A DNA stretch of 64,000 nt from Eledone cirrhosa (taxonomy: Eukaryota), in NCBI GenBank assembly GCA_964016885.1, contig OZ024753.1, positions 41,168,001-41,232,000 of the forward strand, in the 5' to 3' direction. The translations under genes and the position numbers were made by a program. Shown here in pieces: positions 1 to 11,682 of the stretch (positions are counted from its first letter, which is position 1; every line of letters begins with the position of its first letter). The notes under the pieces are model-generated. The model did not search any database. It had not been told where the DNA came from and worked only from the letters and a program-made list of their open reading frames with translations.

Positions 1-43
1 ATACAAAGACTTAAAAGAAAGAAATGTAGAAGTGAATAGAAAC

Positions 44-142
44 CTTGGTCTATAGTTCCTTTCTTGGTATCAGCTTTCCTCATTTTCTTCTTGGGAACTT
101 TCTGGAATGGAGCAAATTCAACCACAGCTGGGTATTCATTGC
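44..142 (-). CDS. UPF3: UPF3 exon 4: (G)NEYPAVVEFAPFQKVPKKKMRKADTKKGTIDQ(D); gene continues beyond the window start
   Basis: gttgtag acceptor, G|gtttct donor, 99 nt. YPA.VEFAPFQK and GTI.D motifs of UPF3. Confidence 0.95.
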
Positions 143-570
143 CTACAACAACATAGAAGACAATACAATACAGTTTAGAAATATTGACATTTCTCAAACA
201 TGCCACATTCATCTTTCCTTTCACTATAGTTTGAAATGAAATGAAACGAAAAAAAAAAAAATTTTTTTTCTAAATAATTAACTCGACAGACCATACCAAC
301 CAGAGTAGACTGAAAGGTTCATAAGTTGTCTATGCAGGAGTGATGCAAGAGCCATGAAATCTTGCATGCATTAATTTAAACTCTTCTTATTAATAACTCC
401 ATTGTTTATTTACACCTAAACTGACATTTGACTGTTCAAAGACTTCAAAAGTAACATTTCATGAGAGTATCTTAGTCAGCCTATGAACTCTTCAGTCAAC
501 CCTTGTTTGCAGGTGTTTGAATGTTAAGAGCCCCAATCCTAACAGAATAAAAAATTTAAAAAAAAACATT

Positions 571-754
571 TACAAGGGGGCACTGACAAGTTCCTGTCTT
601 TGAGTATAAAAGAAAATATAGGAGGATCAGTTAATTATGATATTATTCAACATACTCCCCTCAGATTCACACATTTAGTGCAGAGGTCCTACCTCCTCTG
701 TTAAAGGTAACAGCTATACCCTTAAAGCCAGGAACTTTACAGCAGCCCCTCATA
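571..754. mobile_element. Tc1/mariner-type MITE in a UPF3 intron
   Basis: Imperfect TIRs TACAAGGGGGCACTGACAAGTTCCTG / CCAGGAACTTTACAGCAGCCCCTCATA with TA ends. Confidence 0.65.
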
Positions 755-782
755 TATATTTATGTAATAATATTCAACATAC

Positions 783-889
783 CTTTCTTGTCTACAAATA
801 CATATCCATCAAATTTATCTTTAAATGTGTAAATATCTTCAGCACAAGGGAAATTGATGTATGCTCGAGTAAAAGCATTCACTCCCAGA
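783..889 (-). CDS. UPF3: UPF3 exon 3: (S)LGVNAFTRAYINFPCAEDIYTFKDKFDGYVFVDKK(G)
   Basis: ttttcttag acceptor, G|gtatg donor, 107 nt, phases consistent. RAYINF and FDGYVF.D.KG motifs of UPF3. Confidence 0.95.
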
Positions 890-1331
890 CTAAGAAAATA
901 GAAAAACAAACAAATGAAAGATATTAACTGCAGATTTAGATTATTTTGTTCAAATTATAGAAACGATGGTCATAAACTAGTTATTCCTTAACCATTGTGT
1001 GACTGTACTTCATTAGAATTTAATTGAGGAAGAATTTTGAGGAATTTACTAAAATAATTTATTATCCTGTTACTTAGCATATGGTGTTTATGTAAAATTA
1101 TGTTGGAAGATTTTAATTCAAATAAGAACTCTTTAAAATTGGTGGTTTTATTTCATAGAACCAGAATTGGTTGTGTTTGGGTTGGTAGCAAAAGGATTAG
1201 CTCTTTCATTATCACATTTCTAATGAAAGACACTACCTATGATTTTCAAATAATTTTTTAAATACTCAACAATTTGGAAGGAAGGATTTAGTAATATAAG
1301 TTTTAAAAAAAGCCTTTATTTATATTCATAC

Positions 1332-1438
1332 CTCATATCTGCTTTCACGTAATAGAAATAATCATAGGCAGGGAGTGGGAAGACTTGTTCCAAAAATATC
1401 TCAGGTGAAAGAGATGGTGGTAAGCGCCGTATTACAAC
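1332..1438 (-). CDS. UPF3: UPF3 exon 2: VVIRRLPPSLSPEIFLEQVFPLPAYDYFYYVKADM(S)
   Basis: ttttttcag acceptor, AG|gtatga donor, 107 nt. VVIRRLPP is the signature start of the Smg4/UPF3 RRM-like domain. Confidence 0.95.
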
Positions 1439-1524
1439 CTGAAAAAAATAATCAAAACAAATAATGTTTATTTTTCATTTATGATTAGTAAAGTAAAGTA
1501 AAGTTAATGAAGATTATCCTGATA

Positions 1525-1700
1525 TGGATATGATGCAAATAGATGATGATTGTTGGGTGAAGGAATGCCAAGTAATCACAGTGGAAGGAAGCTGCAGAAG
1601 AGGAAGACCTGGATGGAAGTGGTGAGAGCTGATCGCAGATTGCTAAAGCTCACGAAGGAGATGACAAAGGGATGTGAACAGATGACGATTAGTTAAGTAA
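1525..1700 (+). mobile_element. Degenerate 3' end of an RTE-clade LINE
   Basis: Translates to DDDCWVKEC..ITVEGSCRRGRP..W.EVVRAD, a typical RTE ORF C-terminus. Confidence 0.65.
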
Positions 1701-2349
1701 AACAGAGCAAGATTTCCCTGATAAAGACGAGAAGCATATGGCTGATGATGGTTGGGTGAAGAAACGCTAAGAAATGACTCTTCAACAGTTCCAAACATAT
1801 TAATCCTCCTTTGGTGATCTACATAATAAATACACCCAGTACATTCTGTAAAGTGGTTGGTGATAGGAAGGGCATTTAGGTGAAGAGAACCTGCCAAACA
1901 AAACTATTGGGAAGACTCTACAGTTGTGACAAAGTCACAACAACTTTTGTAATATTGGTGGCACAATAAAATGCACTCAGTAGAGTGCTGGTTCTTGTAG
2001 GACTCCCAGATCACCTGGAGGTCAGTGGCTTTGCTTAAGTACCGGCCAGCCTATGACGACAAATCCAACCCTTATTACCAAGGAAAATGGGTGTTTAAAT
2101 GATGAAGATGATGACAACATTATCTAATATCTCTTTTCCCTTTTATGCTAGAATTTGAAGGAAGTTTGGCAACTATCTCTAGCAGGTCACAGGATCACGC
2201 AGAGGTCCCCTGTTGGCCAGATAGAGAGATAAGCATCTAAACAAAGCCAAATATTTATCTTATAAGAGATTAATAAGGCCTATGGCTTGGTAACTGCTAA
2301 GTTTTGTCTTTATTTTGAAAAGAAACCTGTTAGAAAACAACCTGGTAGG

Positions 2350-2600
2350 AGGCCAGCAAAACCTGCACAGGTGTGAGTTGTAACATGATAGGTAAAACTG
2401 GTGCTCATAGCATCAAAACAACCAAGAAACCTCGTATAGGATCCATTGTTAAAAGGTCAGCTAAACGTACATAGGTGTGAGTTGTAAAAACAACATGATA
2501 GGTAAGACTGGGGCTCATATCTTTAAAAGATCCAAGAAACCTCGTATGAGATCCAACATCGTTAAGAGGCCAGCGAAACCTACTTAGGTGTGAGTTGTAA
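2350..2600 (+). repeat. About 2.3 copies of a ~110-120 bp diverged tandem repeat
   Basis: Recurring AGG(C/T)CAGC.AAAC...AGGTGTGAGTTGTAA...ACATGATAGGTAA...CCAAGAAACCTCGTAT. Confidence 0.75.
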
Positions 2601-2872
2601 ATTCGATTTCATTGTTTTTTTAACCACCACCAACGCTTTTACTAAGATCATTTTAAACTGCGGTAATTAACGACCTATATAATAACAAATCGTTGTAAAG
2701 ATATTTTAATGTGATTTTATAAAGATATTTCTATATAAATATATATAGAAATATTTTGTAATTGTTTAACTCTGAAATCTGTTGATCGTCAGCGTTTCGA
2801 ACGACCAAGAAAATATTTTCAAAGGATATTTTCTACCAGTAAATATTAATTATATCACTATAAACAACTGAC

Positions 2873-2992
2873 CTTGGTGGGAGGTTGATCCCTATCCTTT
2901 TTCCGCTCATCTATACACTTTTTCTCCACCATTTTCGATTGTTTATGTTCACACTTTGAGTCCTGACTCGTTCTACGTATTCTGGCCGTCAT
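2873..2992 (-). CDS. UPF3: UPF3 (nonsense-mediated decay factor) coding exon 1: MTARIRRTSQDSKCEHKQSKMVEKKCIDERKKDRDQPPTK; alternative start ATG at 2932
   Basis: Open frame ending ...ACC AAG|gtcag donor (phase 0), in frame with the next exon VVIRRLPP. The start codon is uncertain (2992 or 2932). Confidence 0.8.
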
Positions 2993-3003
2993 TTGTAAGC
3001 CAT

Positions 3004-3260
3004 ACTTTAGCAGATACGGGCAGAAAATTCGAACTACAAATATTTACATTTAAAAAAAAATATATACAAACAGAATTTCTAAAGAAAAAAAAATTGTGGA
3101 TTAGAAATCTTTAAAAAATATATATTTTAATTAAAAGTTGTATTTATATTATATATTATTTAAACTATTTTATCAAATAATAATAAAAAAATATATATAT
3201 TCAGCCCGGTAAAGCGGAAGTTGTGTGTTCGTAAGGTCACCGCTTTAGGTAAGGTTGTTG
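3004..3260. promoter_or_regulatory. Putative bidirectional promoter between UPF3 and NDUFA1, with ETS-like GCGGAAGT (3214-3221) and a probable non-coding NDUFA1 first exon ending at donor gtaagt (3261)
   Basis: Divergent gene orientation, a short CpG-containing patch in AT-rich DNA, and a canonical donor. An acceptor at 4891 precedes the NDUFA1 ATG exon. Confidence 0.55.
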
Positions 3261-3724
3261 GTAAGTATTCTTTAATATTTTTATCTTGTTTAAATGCCTT
3301 TAATTTAAATAAATGTTTTTATTCTTCTATTATTTAAACAGTTGAATATTATTGTGTTATAAATAAAATGTTCTATTAACGACATATATAATTTCAACTG
3401 TATCTTCTCTGTTTACACCAATAACCTACGTAAATGTATTTAGCTGAGCACTTACTGCTTCATTATTTGAAAGAATTGTTTCTACCTTTGGCACACGGTT
3501 AGACATTTGGGGGTCAGTAGCTGGACGGTGGGAAAGTCGATAAAATTAACCTCAGTGCGTTACTGGTACTTTATTTTATTGACCCTATAGGATATGAAAT
3601 TTAAGCAAAAGTTGACCTCGGTGGTGTTAAAACTCAGAACGGAAAGCACCGTACCTAAAGAAAGAAACACACACATATCTTTATGTTCGGTGCTCTAACG
3701 ATTCTGTCAACCCAATGCTAATAA

Positions 3725-3910
3725 AAGTTTCTACTTTTGGCACAAGGCCAGCAATTATTCCAGTGTATTACTGGTACTTTATTTTATCGACCCCGTAAGG
3801 ATGAAAGGTAAAATTAACCTCGACGGGATTTGAACGCAGACCGTAAAGGACCGTAACTCTATGCTGCAAAGCATGGTGTCCGACGCTTTACCGATACTGG
3901 CAATCCACGG
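3725..3910 (-). mobile_element. tRNA-derived SINE, family 'M' (central GCCTTTCATCCTTACGGGGTCGATAAAATAAAGTACC domain)
   Basis: Same consensus as many other copies in the window; A-box/B-box-like head (TGGCAGTATCGG ... GAGTTCAAATCCC). Confidence 0.8.
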
Positions 3911-4294
3911 TAATGGTTTCTAATTTGTGGACAAAGGTAACAATTTGTTGGGTGGGGAAAGTCGGTAAAATCCAACCCAATATGGTGAGCAGTAAAATTG
4001 ACCACGGCAACATAATTTTGTGGCAAGTGCGTGGTCAAGTGGTTAGGTTTATTGAACTTATGGTCATAAGGGTGTGGGTTCAATTCCTGGACCAGGCAAC
4101 ACCTTGTGTTCTTGAGCAAGACACTTCGTTTCACGTTGCTTTCCATGACAAGATTAGTGCCTCATTAAAACCCCAGAAGGTGTCGCCACCTCGATAGTGG
4201 TCAACTAAACCTGCGTTTGAGCTCTTCCGCTCTCTCTCTTTCCTTCCCTCTCACCCGCTCTCTGTGACCCTCGCGCTTTCTCTCTATGTATATA

Positions 4295-4560
4295 TATAAT
4301 AAAATGTTACAGTATCGTAAAAGAGGATAGAAAGAAGAGGTATAAAGAGGTGCGATACAGAGTATTACATTCCAAAAGCGGGTGCGTAAGTGCTCGATGC
4401 TTGGGTTATCAGGGTTAAATATTAGAGAAAGTTAATATTTAGTGTACAGGATTAAGCAGAGCGGTGCTGAGCAAAATAATTAATGAAAGAGTTACAAGCC
4501 GTTAAAACAGCTTTATAAAGATGTTTTAACGGCTTGTAACTCTTTCATTAATTATTTTGC
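4295..4560. mobile_element. TA-flanked element ending in a 39-bp perfect fold-back (4471-4560)
   Basis: GCAAAATAATTAATGAAAGAGTTACAAGCCGTTAAAACA...TGTTTTAACGGCTTGTAACTCTTTCATTAATTATTTTGC between (TA)n tracts. Confidence 0.6.
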
Positions 4561-4921
4561 GTATATATATATATATAGGAAAAGGTTCAAGACCCCGACG
4601 GCAGAGCTCAAGCAGTTTCTTGAATATTTTCCTATTACTCACTCTACTACCCAAAGTATTGAGTACTCTGGTGCGTTATGGTCCATCTAGTTCCTTACCA
4701 CACTTCCTTCGTTATATATATAAATCCCCCCCTCTCTCTGGCAGGATTTGAACTTTGGGAATAAAAATAGCTGGATAATCTCTAAAAAATAAGTTTTGAT
4801 TGAAGAAGTAGGAAAAAAAAAAAAACTAGGCATTATGTTTTTTTTCATTTATAATTAAATTTTGATTAAATTTATAATTTTAATTGTTTAGATAAGTGGA
4901 AAAAACAAAGAAACATCAATA

Positions 4922-5023
4922 ATGTGGTATGAAATTATTCCAAGTTTTGGAATTGTCATGGGTTTTCTAGCTATACCCAATGTAGCAAATCTTGTTCTTA
5001 ACTGGACATTCAGAAATAGAAAG
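4922..5023 (+). CDS. NDUFA1: NDUFA1 (complex I MWFE subunit) coding exon 1: MWYEIIPSFGIVMGFLAIPNVANLVLNWTFRNRK
   Basis: MW(F/Y)EI.P N-terminus followed by a hydrophobic TM segment; 102 nt; AAG|gtaaga donor; upstream acceptor tgtttag at 4891. Confidence 0.93.
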
Positions 5024-5831
5024 GTAAGAATATATGATCATTTTATTGGGTTTTTTTGTAATTTTTTTTAATTTTCTCGGTTATTGGTTAAAACAGGGTT
5101 TCCCAAATTTTTTCAAATGGGTTCAGAAACTTTTGGGGGAACCCCAAAGTCTAACACTGTTATATGGTGGAATCATCATCAGCTTCATCATCTTCATCGT
5201 TTAACGTCTATCTTCCACGCTAGCATGAGTTAGGCAGGAATTGTCCCACTTGAGACAAGATTGGTCGGGTGACCATGTCTCGCTCGTAATGGACTCGTGG
5301 AATATAAATATATTCCTCTAATTTTTTTCATGGAACTTCCCCGACGCTCCTATTTTGGGAACCTCTCGGTTAGAATATCTAAAGTGCTTGGCTTATTGGT
5401 TAGAAAACTGGATTCACAATTGTGAGGTTGATTCCCAGACCGGGCGAGGAATCCTGTCCCTGAGCAAGACTCTTTATTTCACATTGCACTTTCTGCTAGG
5501 AGTTGCAACTGGTAGAATTGAATCAGCAATGGAAAAACCAATGGAAACATTGTTTCCTTGGTCCAATTTGGCGAGTCCCCCCCCTCCTCCTCCACTAAGT
5601 AAGCGAATGAGGTCTGGGATCTTGTCGATTGATTCCTTCCTTAGAATCTCTAAAGAAAGAATGGCAGGACAGATTTTATGGGCAAAGCCAACTGACAGGA
5701 AAGCCAGAGATAAACCATGAGTAAGATGGATGTATAACATGTGTATAACCTTGATTGGTTTTGTTTAGGGATCTAGCTGGATTATTTGTAGATAATTTGC
5801 TAATCTTTGTCTTGTTTTTGTACATTTGCAG

Positions 5832-5921
5832 ACCCAGTGCCGAGATTGGGAAACTTCAAAATTAGACTACATGTTCTACTTAAGAGACAGAACAATCACC
5901 GGAAGTGAATATAAACCCAGG
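5832..5921 (+). CDS. NDUFA1: NDUFA1 coding exon 2: TQCRDWETSKLDYMFYLRDRTITGSEYKPR
   Basis: tttgcag acceptor, AGG|gtaaat donor, 90 nt, phase 0; RDR.I(S/T)G..Y motif. Confidence 0.92.
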
Positions 5922-5934
5922 GTAAATAGCTATG

Positions 5935-6228
5935 TTGTTTGTAAAGTGGTTGTGTAGGTGTCATGACAAAAAGCACTCAGTCCACACTGTAAAGTGGTCG
6001 TGTAGATGTCACGACAAAAAGTACCCAGTCCACACTGTAAAGTGGTTGCATAGGTGTCACAACAAAAAGCACCCAGTCCACACTGTAAAGTGGTTGCGTA
6101 GGTGCCACAACAAAAAGCACCCAGTCCACACTGTAAAGTGGTTGCGTAGGTGCCACAACAAAAAGCACCCAGTCCACACTGTAAAGTGGTTGTGTAGGTG
6201 CTACAACAAAAAGCACCAAGTCTACACT
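5935..6228 (+). repeat. 48-bp minisatellite (~6 copies) in NDUFA1 intron, derived from a SINE internal segment
   Basis: Unit GTAAAGTGGTTGCGTAGGTGCCACAACAAAAAGCACCCAGTCCACACT; 16-aa periodic ORFs. Confidence 0.9.
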
Positions 6229-6476
6229 GGGGAGAAATCTGCTATATTCAGACCTGGAGAGGAGATGGGCTCTGCTAGGTTAAAAAAACTTCCCTTGATG
6301 CAGCGCCCCTACAATTCCCTTAGAAGTTATGGAACTAGAAACCCTTCCTAATGCTTTCTACGAGATTAAGGTGCTGATTAATTTAGCAGGAGTCATGGAT
6401 GCAGGTTGGCATTCATCTTAGGCTATTTTATCAGTGTTCTTTTGACTAATTGGAGAAATATCGTTCTGATTTACAT

Positions 6477-6715
6477 ACTAGTAAGATCCTGTCGTTGCTG
6501 GGCACACCTTCGCCACTATAAATAAAGACCCCCTCTCTCTCTCCTCAACATGGCCATCTTTGAATAGCCCCAAAACTCTGCTATTTTAGGGAAGAGTAAG
6601 ATTTAAACTATGTTAACATGCTCCAGGAGCTAAATAACCTATGTATCAAATTTGAACAAAATCGGATGGAAACTGGAAATGCATCGCCTACAGACACTTT
6701 TGTTTTTATATATAT
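6477..6715 (+). mobile_element. Possible Helitron-like non-autonomous element
   Basis: Begins ACTAG...CCTGTCGTTGCTGGGC and ends AAATTTGAACAAAATCGGATG...ACAGACACTTTTGTTTTTATATATA. A similar start occurs near 51045. Confidence 0.4.
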
Positions 6716-6799
6716 GTATATATATATATGTATTTGACTTCTTCCACAGTCTTATTTTATTTTGAAATTTATTGTTCTTTGTTTCTTTTTCTTTACCAG

Positions 6800-6826
6800 G
6801 GTTTGGAAAGTATTCCCAAAATCTAG
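6800..6826 (+). CDS. NDUFA1: NDUFA1 last coding exon: GLESIPKI* (protein 72 aa)
   Basis: Polypyrimidine tract plus accag acceptor; GLE.I C-terminal motif; candidate ATTAAA poly(A) signal at 6896-6901. Confidence 0.9.
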   Translation, partial: GLESIPKI

Positions 6827-7864
6827 AGAATGTGATGTTTCTATAGTAAAGTACTGTTTCACCATGGTTTGTAGATAAGACTTTTTCTTTAATGAATTAA
6901 ATATTTACATACAGAATTGTGTTTGAAATTTATTTTGTGTGTTATTATGACTGGCCTAGTGGTTATGATATTGGACTCCAGATCATAAGGTCATGTATTT
7001 CCTGAATAAAGCAGTGATCATTTCGTTCTTGAGCAACATACTTTATTTTATGTTACTCCTACCAGGATATTTCAACCAACAGATAATAGCAGCAATGGAA
7101 AGACCAATGGAAGCATTGCCCCAATCTGACAAACAGGTCTTTTCCTTTCTTCTGCCAGAGTTTGTGACCAACAGATAATGCCAGCAATGGAAATATTGTT
7201 TCCCTGGTCCTATGACAATCAGCTCCTTTCCTTAGCTTGATTGGGATTCTTTTGAAACATTGTGTATTGTTGCCGGAATTATTTTTACAGCTCAATGGAT
7301 ACCTCTTTCACTAATCATTCTATTGCTATGTTGGAAGGCATGTGGTGAAAGTGTTGGACAAACACACAAACAAGATGTTGGCTTCAATTCCTGGACTTTG
7401 TGAAAAGTGTTTTTGAGGAAAATGCTCCATTTCTTGAAAGGACTATGGCCTCTATCATTAAAACATCAAAGAAACTCCCTAATCTGCATAGGAGTGAGCT
7501 GTAAACTTCATTGCATATTGTTTTTCATTTGTGAAATAAACAAAAAAAAAATGTTTTCCCATTAATAAAACAGAGTTATGTACCTTACTTGATGTTCAAA
7601 AATTATTTTTAGCTTGGAACATATTTGTTCTTGTGGAAATGAAAAGCAAAGAGATATGTAAATAAGTATTGTGTTTATGGAATGAACTGCAGGAATGCTC
7701 ACAGTGATACTGATGACAATGACATGTGAATCCGAAAATCTTTACAATAAAAGAATAATCCATGAGTCATGTACAGAGTTCAGTCTAATGGAATCTTCCA
7801 AAGTTTGTTCGAACATTGTTACCCCAATGGTACACATCTAGTGCTCTATCGTTTGCAGAACTCC

Positions 7865-8060
7865 AAGCAATGGCTGCCTCATGGTCTTAGTGGGCAGAAT
7901 GGAGAAGGTGTTCTCTTGGAGGATGGCAAGGTAGTTGTGTTGGAAGAGCTATTTGAAATCGCCATGGCTCACTCCTGTGGATAGGCAACTCCGCCCTGAT
8001 AGTTGTAAGTAGGGAGGTGGTCCAGGGACCAAGAACTCAGGTAGTTTCCACCACCGCTAG
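7865..8060 (-). mobile_element. Degenerate C-terminus of an RLE-type (CRE-like) non-LTR retrotransposon
   Basis: Minus-strand AVVETT*VLGP...LFQHNYLAILQENTFSIL; homologous to 62290-62590. Confidence 0.5.
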
Positions 8061-8125
8061 ATGTTCAACAACACTTGATGCATTCTCTTTCACTAATTCT
8101 TCAGTTTTGATATGAATTAATTGAG

Positions 8126-8945
8126 GTTGTGGATTGGCAGTATCGGTAGAGGGTCGGACGCCATGCTTTACAGCATAGTTACGTCCCTTTACGATCTGAG
8201 TTCAAATCCCGCCGAGGTTGACTTTGCTTTTCATCCTTACAGGGTCGATAAAATAAAGTACCAGTAATGAACTAGGTAATTTGCTGGCCTTGTGCCTAAA
8301 GTAGAAATAGTTATTTCTTCACTCAATGAATGAAGCAGTCAAAAGTTATCTACCTTGAATAATGTTTAAACCATGAAATCAATAAAGATGCCCTTGTGTA
8401 GTTACTGAACATGTTAGAAATAACTGTAAATCCTGGCTAACTCACCTATTTAGGAAAACAAGGAAGGATGGCATATGTGTTGGACAGGTTTTATGGGAGG
8501 AACCCAGGGGTAGTCCCTGAGCGAGATGGTTGGATAACATCCATGAGCTTGGCTGGTCTCACTTGGGGATCCAGCCAGATTAATTGGAGACAGTTGCTTC
8601 TGACCGGAGCTGCTGGAAGGAGTGTTTCAGGACTCTACCCCCACGACACTCCCAGGAATAAGTGAGTGACAAAGAAGGTTATATTCTATATTGTAGTATC
8701 GGTGTTAAAAAATGACTAATTGTTGGAATGTCTTTTATCCTTATTATATTTAATAGGGCGGTGGATTGGCAGTATTGGTGGAGGGTCGGACGCTATGTTT
8801 TGCAGCATAGTGTTACGGCCCTTTATGGTCAGAGTTCAAATCTCGCCGAGGTTAACTTTGTCTTTCATCCTTACGGGGTCGATAAAATAAAGTACCAGTA
8901 ATACGCTGAGATAATTGCTAGCCTTGTGCCAAAAGTAGAAACAAT
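8126..8945 (+). mobile_element. Two copies of SINE family M (8126-8310, 8756-8945)
   Basis: Match the family consensus from GGCGGTGGATTGGCAGTATCGG to CCTTGTGCC.AAAGTAGAAAC. Confidence 0.85.
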
Positions 8946-9184
8946 TATATTTAATCAGTTCACATGCTAATGTAGTTAGAGTTAGGAAGGGCATCCAGCT
9001 GTAGAAACCAAGGTCAGGTCAGGCTTGTTCTGGCTGCACTAGGGAGAGCATCCAGCTGTAGAAATCATTTTTTACAGGCACCTTATCCATGGAGTATACT
9101 GAGACAAAAACCCTAGATGAGACGGACCCTCTAACAGTATTGAGTGCGTTAACTGACGAAGCTCTTGTAATTAGTGAAGCCACC

Positions 9185-10690
9185 AGCCCACACTGTAAAG
9201 TGATCGTGATGGTGACACGACTAAAAGTGCCCAGCCGACACTGTAAAGTGATCGTGATGGCGACACGACAAAAAGTGCCCAGCCCACACTGTAATGTGGT
9301 CGTGATGGCGACACGACAAAAAGTGCCCAGCCCACACTGTAATGTGGTCGTGATGGCGACACGACAAAAAATGCCCATCCCACACTGTAAAGTGGTCGTG
9401 ATGGCGACACGACAAAAAGTGCCCAGCCCACACTGTAATGTGGTCGTGATGGCGACACGACAAAAAGTGCCCAGCCCACACTGTAAAGTGGTCGTGATGG
9501 CGACACAACAAAAAACGCCCTGCCCACACTGTAAAGTGGTCGTGATGGCGACACGACAAAAAGTGCCCAGCCGACACTGTAATGTGGTCGTGATGGCGAC
9601 ACGACAAAAAGTGCCCAGCCGACACTGTAATGTGGTCGTGATGGCGACACGACAAAAAGTGCCCAGCCCACACTGTAATGTGGTCGTGATGGCGACACGA
9701 CAAAAAGTGCCCAGCCGACACTGTAAAGTGGTCGTGATGGCGACACAACAAAAAACAGCCAGCCCACACTGTAAAGTGGTCGTGATGGCGACACGACAAA
9801 AAGTGCCCAGCCCACACTGTAATGTGGTCGTGATGGCGACACGACAAAAAGTGCCCAGCCCACACTGTAAAGTGGTCGTGATGGCGACACAACAAAAAAC
9901 GGCCAGCCCACACTGTAAAGTGGTCGTGATGGCGACACGACAAAAAGTGCCCAGCCCACACTGTAATGTGGTCGTGATGGCGACACGACAAAAAGTGCCC
10001 AGCCCGCACTGTAATGTGGTCGTGATGGCGACACGACAAAAAGTGCCCAGCCCACACTGTAAAGTGGTCGTGATGGTGACATGACAAAAAGTGCCCAGCC
10101 GACACTGTAAACTGGTCGTGATGGTGACATGACAAAAAGTGCCCAGCCGACACTGTAAAGTGGTCGTGATGGTGACATGACAAAAAGTGCCCAGCCGACA
10201 CTGTAAACTGGTCGTGATGGTGACATGACAAAAAGTGCCCAGCCGACACTGTAAAGTGGTCGTGATGGTGACATGACAAAAAGTGCCCAGCCGACACTGT
10301 AAACTGGTCGTGATGGTGACATGACAAAAAGTGCCCAGCCGACACTGTAAAGTGGTCGTGATGGTGACATGACAAAAAGTGCCCAGCCGACACTGTAAAC
10401 TGGTCGTGATGGTGACATGACAAAATGTGCCCAGCCCACACTGTAATGTGGTTGTGATGGTGACACAACAAAAAACGGCCAGCCCACACTGTAAAGTGGT
10501 CATGTAGGTGTCATGACAAAAAGCACCCAGTCCACACTGTAAACTGGTCGTGATGGCGACAACAAAAAGCACCCAGCACACACTGAATGTGGTTGTGATG
10601 GCGACACGACAAAAAACGGCCAGCCCACACTGTAAAGTGGTCATGTAGGTGACATGACAAAAAGCACCCAGCACACACTGAATGTGGTTG
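9185..10690 (+). repeat. 48-bp minisatellite, ~31 copies, followed by the SINE tail it derives from
   Basis: Unit CACACTGTAAAGTGGTCGTGATGGCGACACGACAAAAAGTGCCCAGCC; runs into GTTGGCATTAGGAAGGGCATCCAGC...CATGCTAGCATGGAAAA. Confidence 0.95.
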
Positions 10691-10819
10691 GCATTAGGAA
10701 GGGCATCCAGCCATAGAAACCTAGCCAGAAACAGTCATATATGAGCAAGACATGGTCACCTGACCCGACTTGCCTTAAATGGGGCAACCATGCTAGCATG
10801 GAAAATAGACATTAAATTA

Positions 10820-10970
10820 TGGGTTGTACAGGTCCTTTTCAACACAGCAATTCGCCACTCATTGTGTTCCTTCCTCATCTCTTCTGTGAGTCTCAGAAAT
10901 TTGTGATCAGCTTTCACTACCTCTGCCCAGGTCTTCCTTGGTCAACCTCTACTGCAGCTTCCTTCCACTG
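10820..10970 (-). mobile_element. RTE-clade LINE 3' fragment
   Basis: Minus-strand VEGSCSRG*PRKTWAEVVKAD..FLRLTEEMRKEHNEWRIAV. Confidence 0.7.
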
Positions 10971-10999
10971 GGAAGTGGTAGAAAAACTCCCCATATTTG

Positions 11000-11682
11000 C
11001 GATTTGCGTTGGACGAGGCACGTCTCTAAAATTGTCAAGAGGGCCGAGGGTGTCTTAGCATCACTCAGCAAGACCTTTGTCAGCCGCTCTCCAGATATCT
11101 ATTTAAGGCTGTATACAGCTATGGTGCGATCACACTTAGAATTTGCATCACCAGTCTGGAACCCCTATCTTGCTCAGGACATTGACCGCCTGGAAACTGT
11201 TCAGAGACGTGCAACCAAGCGAATACCCTCCATCAGGCATCTACCATACTCTGATCGCCTTGCTTCCCTGGGCATGGATTCATTGAAGCTCCGACGCCTG
11301 GCAACTGACTTGGTAAACACCCACAAAATTGTTAACCATGTTGCCAACAACAACCCTGAGTGCCTTTTCGATTTCCATGTGTCTAACACACGTGGACATG
11401 CCCACAAAGTAAGAAAACAGCACAGTTCCCATGACTTTCGGAAACATTTTTTCACGCTCAGAGTTGCTGAAGCATGGAACAAACTACCTGCATCAGTTGT
11501 TAGCTGTCGAGACGCTGCATCCTTTAAGGCCTCCATGCTTCCCGAGATCCGCCAACACTACAGCTAACACATACAAACATGTACTTCCCTGGCATTTGTG
11601 TATTATTCTATGTACTATATTGACGAGTTGTAGTGCACCTGAGCACTTTACACAATAATTTCATTATTATTATTATTATTAT
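11000..11682 (+). mobile_element. 5'-truncated CR1-clade LINE (RT C-terminus, 3' UTR and (TTA)n tail)
   Basis: Intact frame LYTAMVRSHLEFASPVWNPY...LETVQRRATK...TRGH...FFTLRV..AWNKLP; (TTA)n tail at ~11665-11682. Confidence 0.9.

Noticed and set aside
45-239. Plus-strand 64-aa ORF
   Set aside because: It is the antisense shadow of UPF3 exon 4.
9146-9185. CTGACGA...GAAG motif; also CTGAAGA near 50246, CTGACGA near 49443 and a minus-strand CTGACGA near 2785
   Set aside because: No consistent helix I/III or UH site could be built.
9019-10674. Long Cys/His-rich repetitive ORFs (551, 438, 422 and 331 aa) in several frames
   Set aside because: They come from a 48-bp SINE-derived minisatellite that is open in multiple frames on both strands; there is no evidence of coding.
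9185-10690. CRISPR-like appearance of the regular arrays (also 22485-23090 and 45980-46680)
   Set aside because: There are no unique spacers, the context is eukaryotic, and no cas genes are present.
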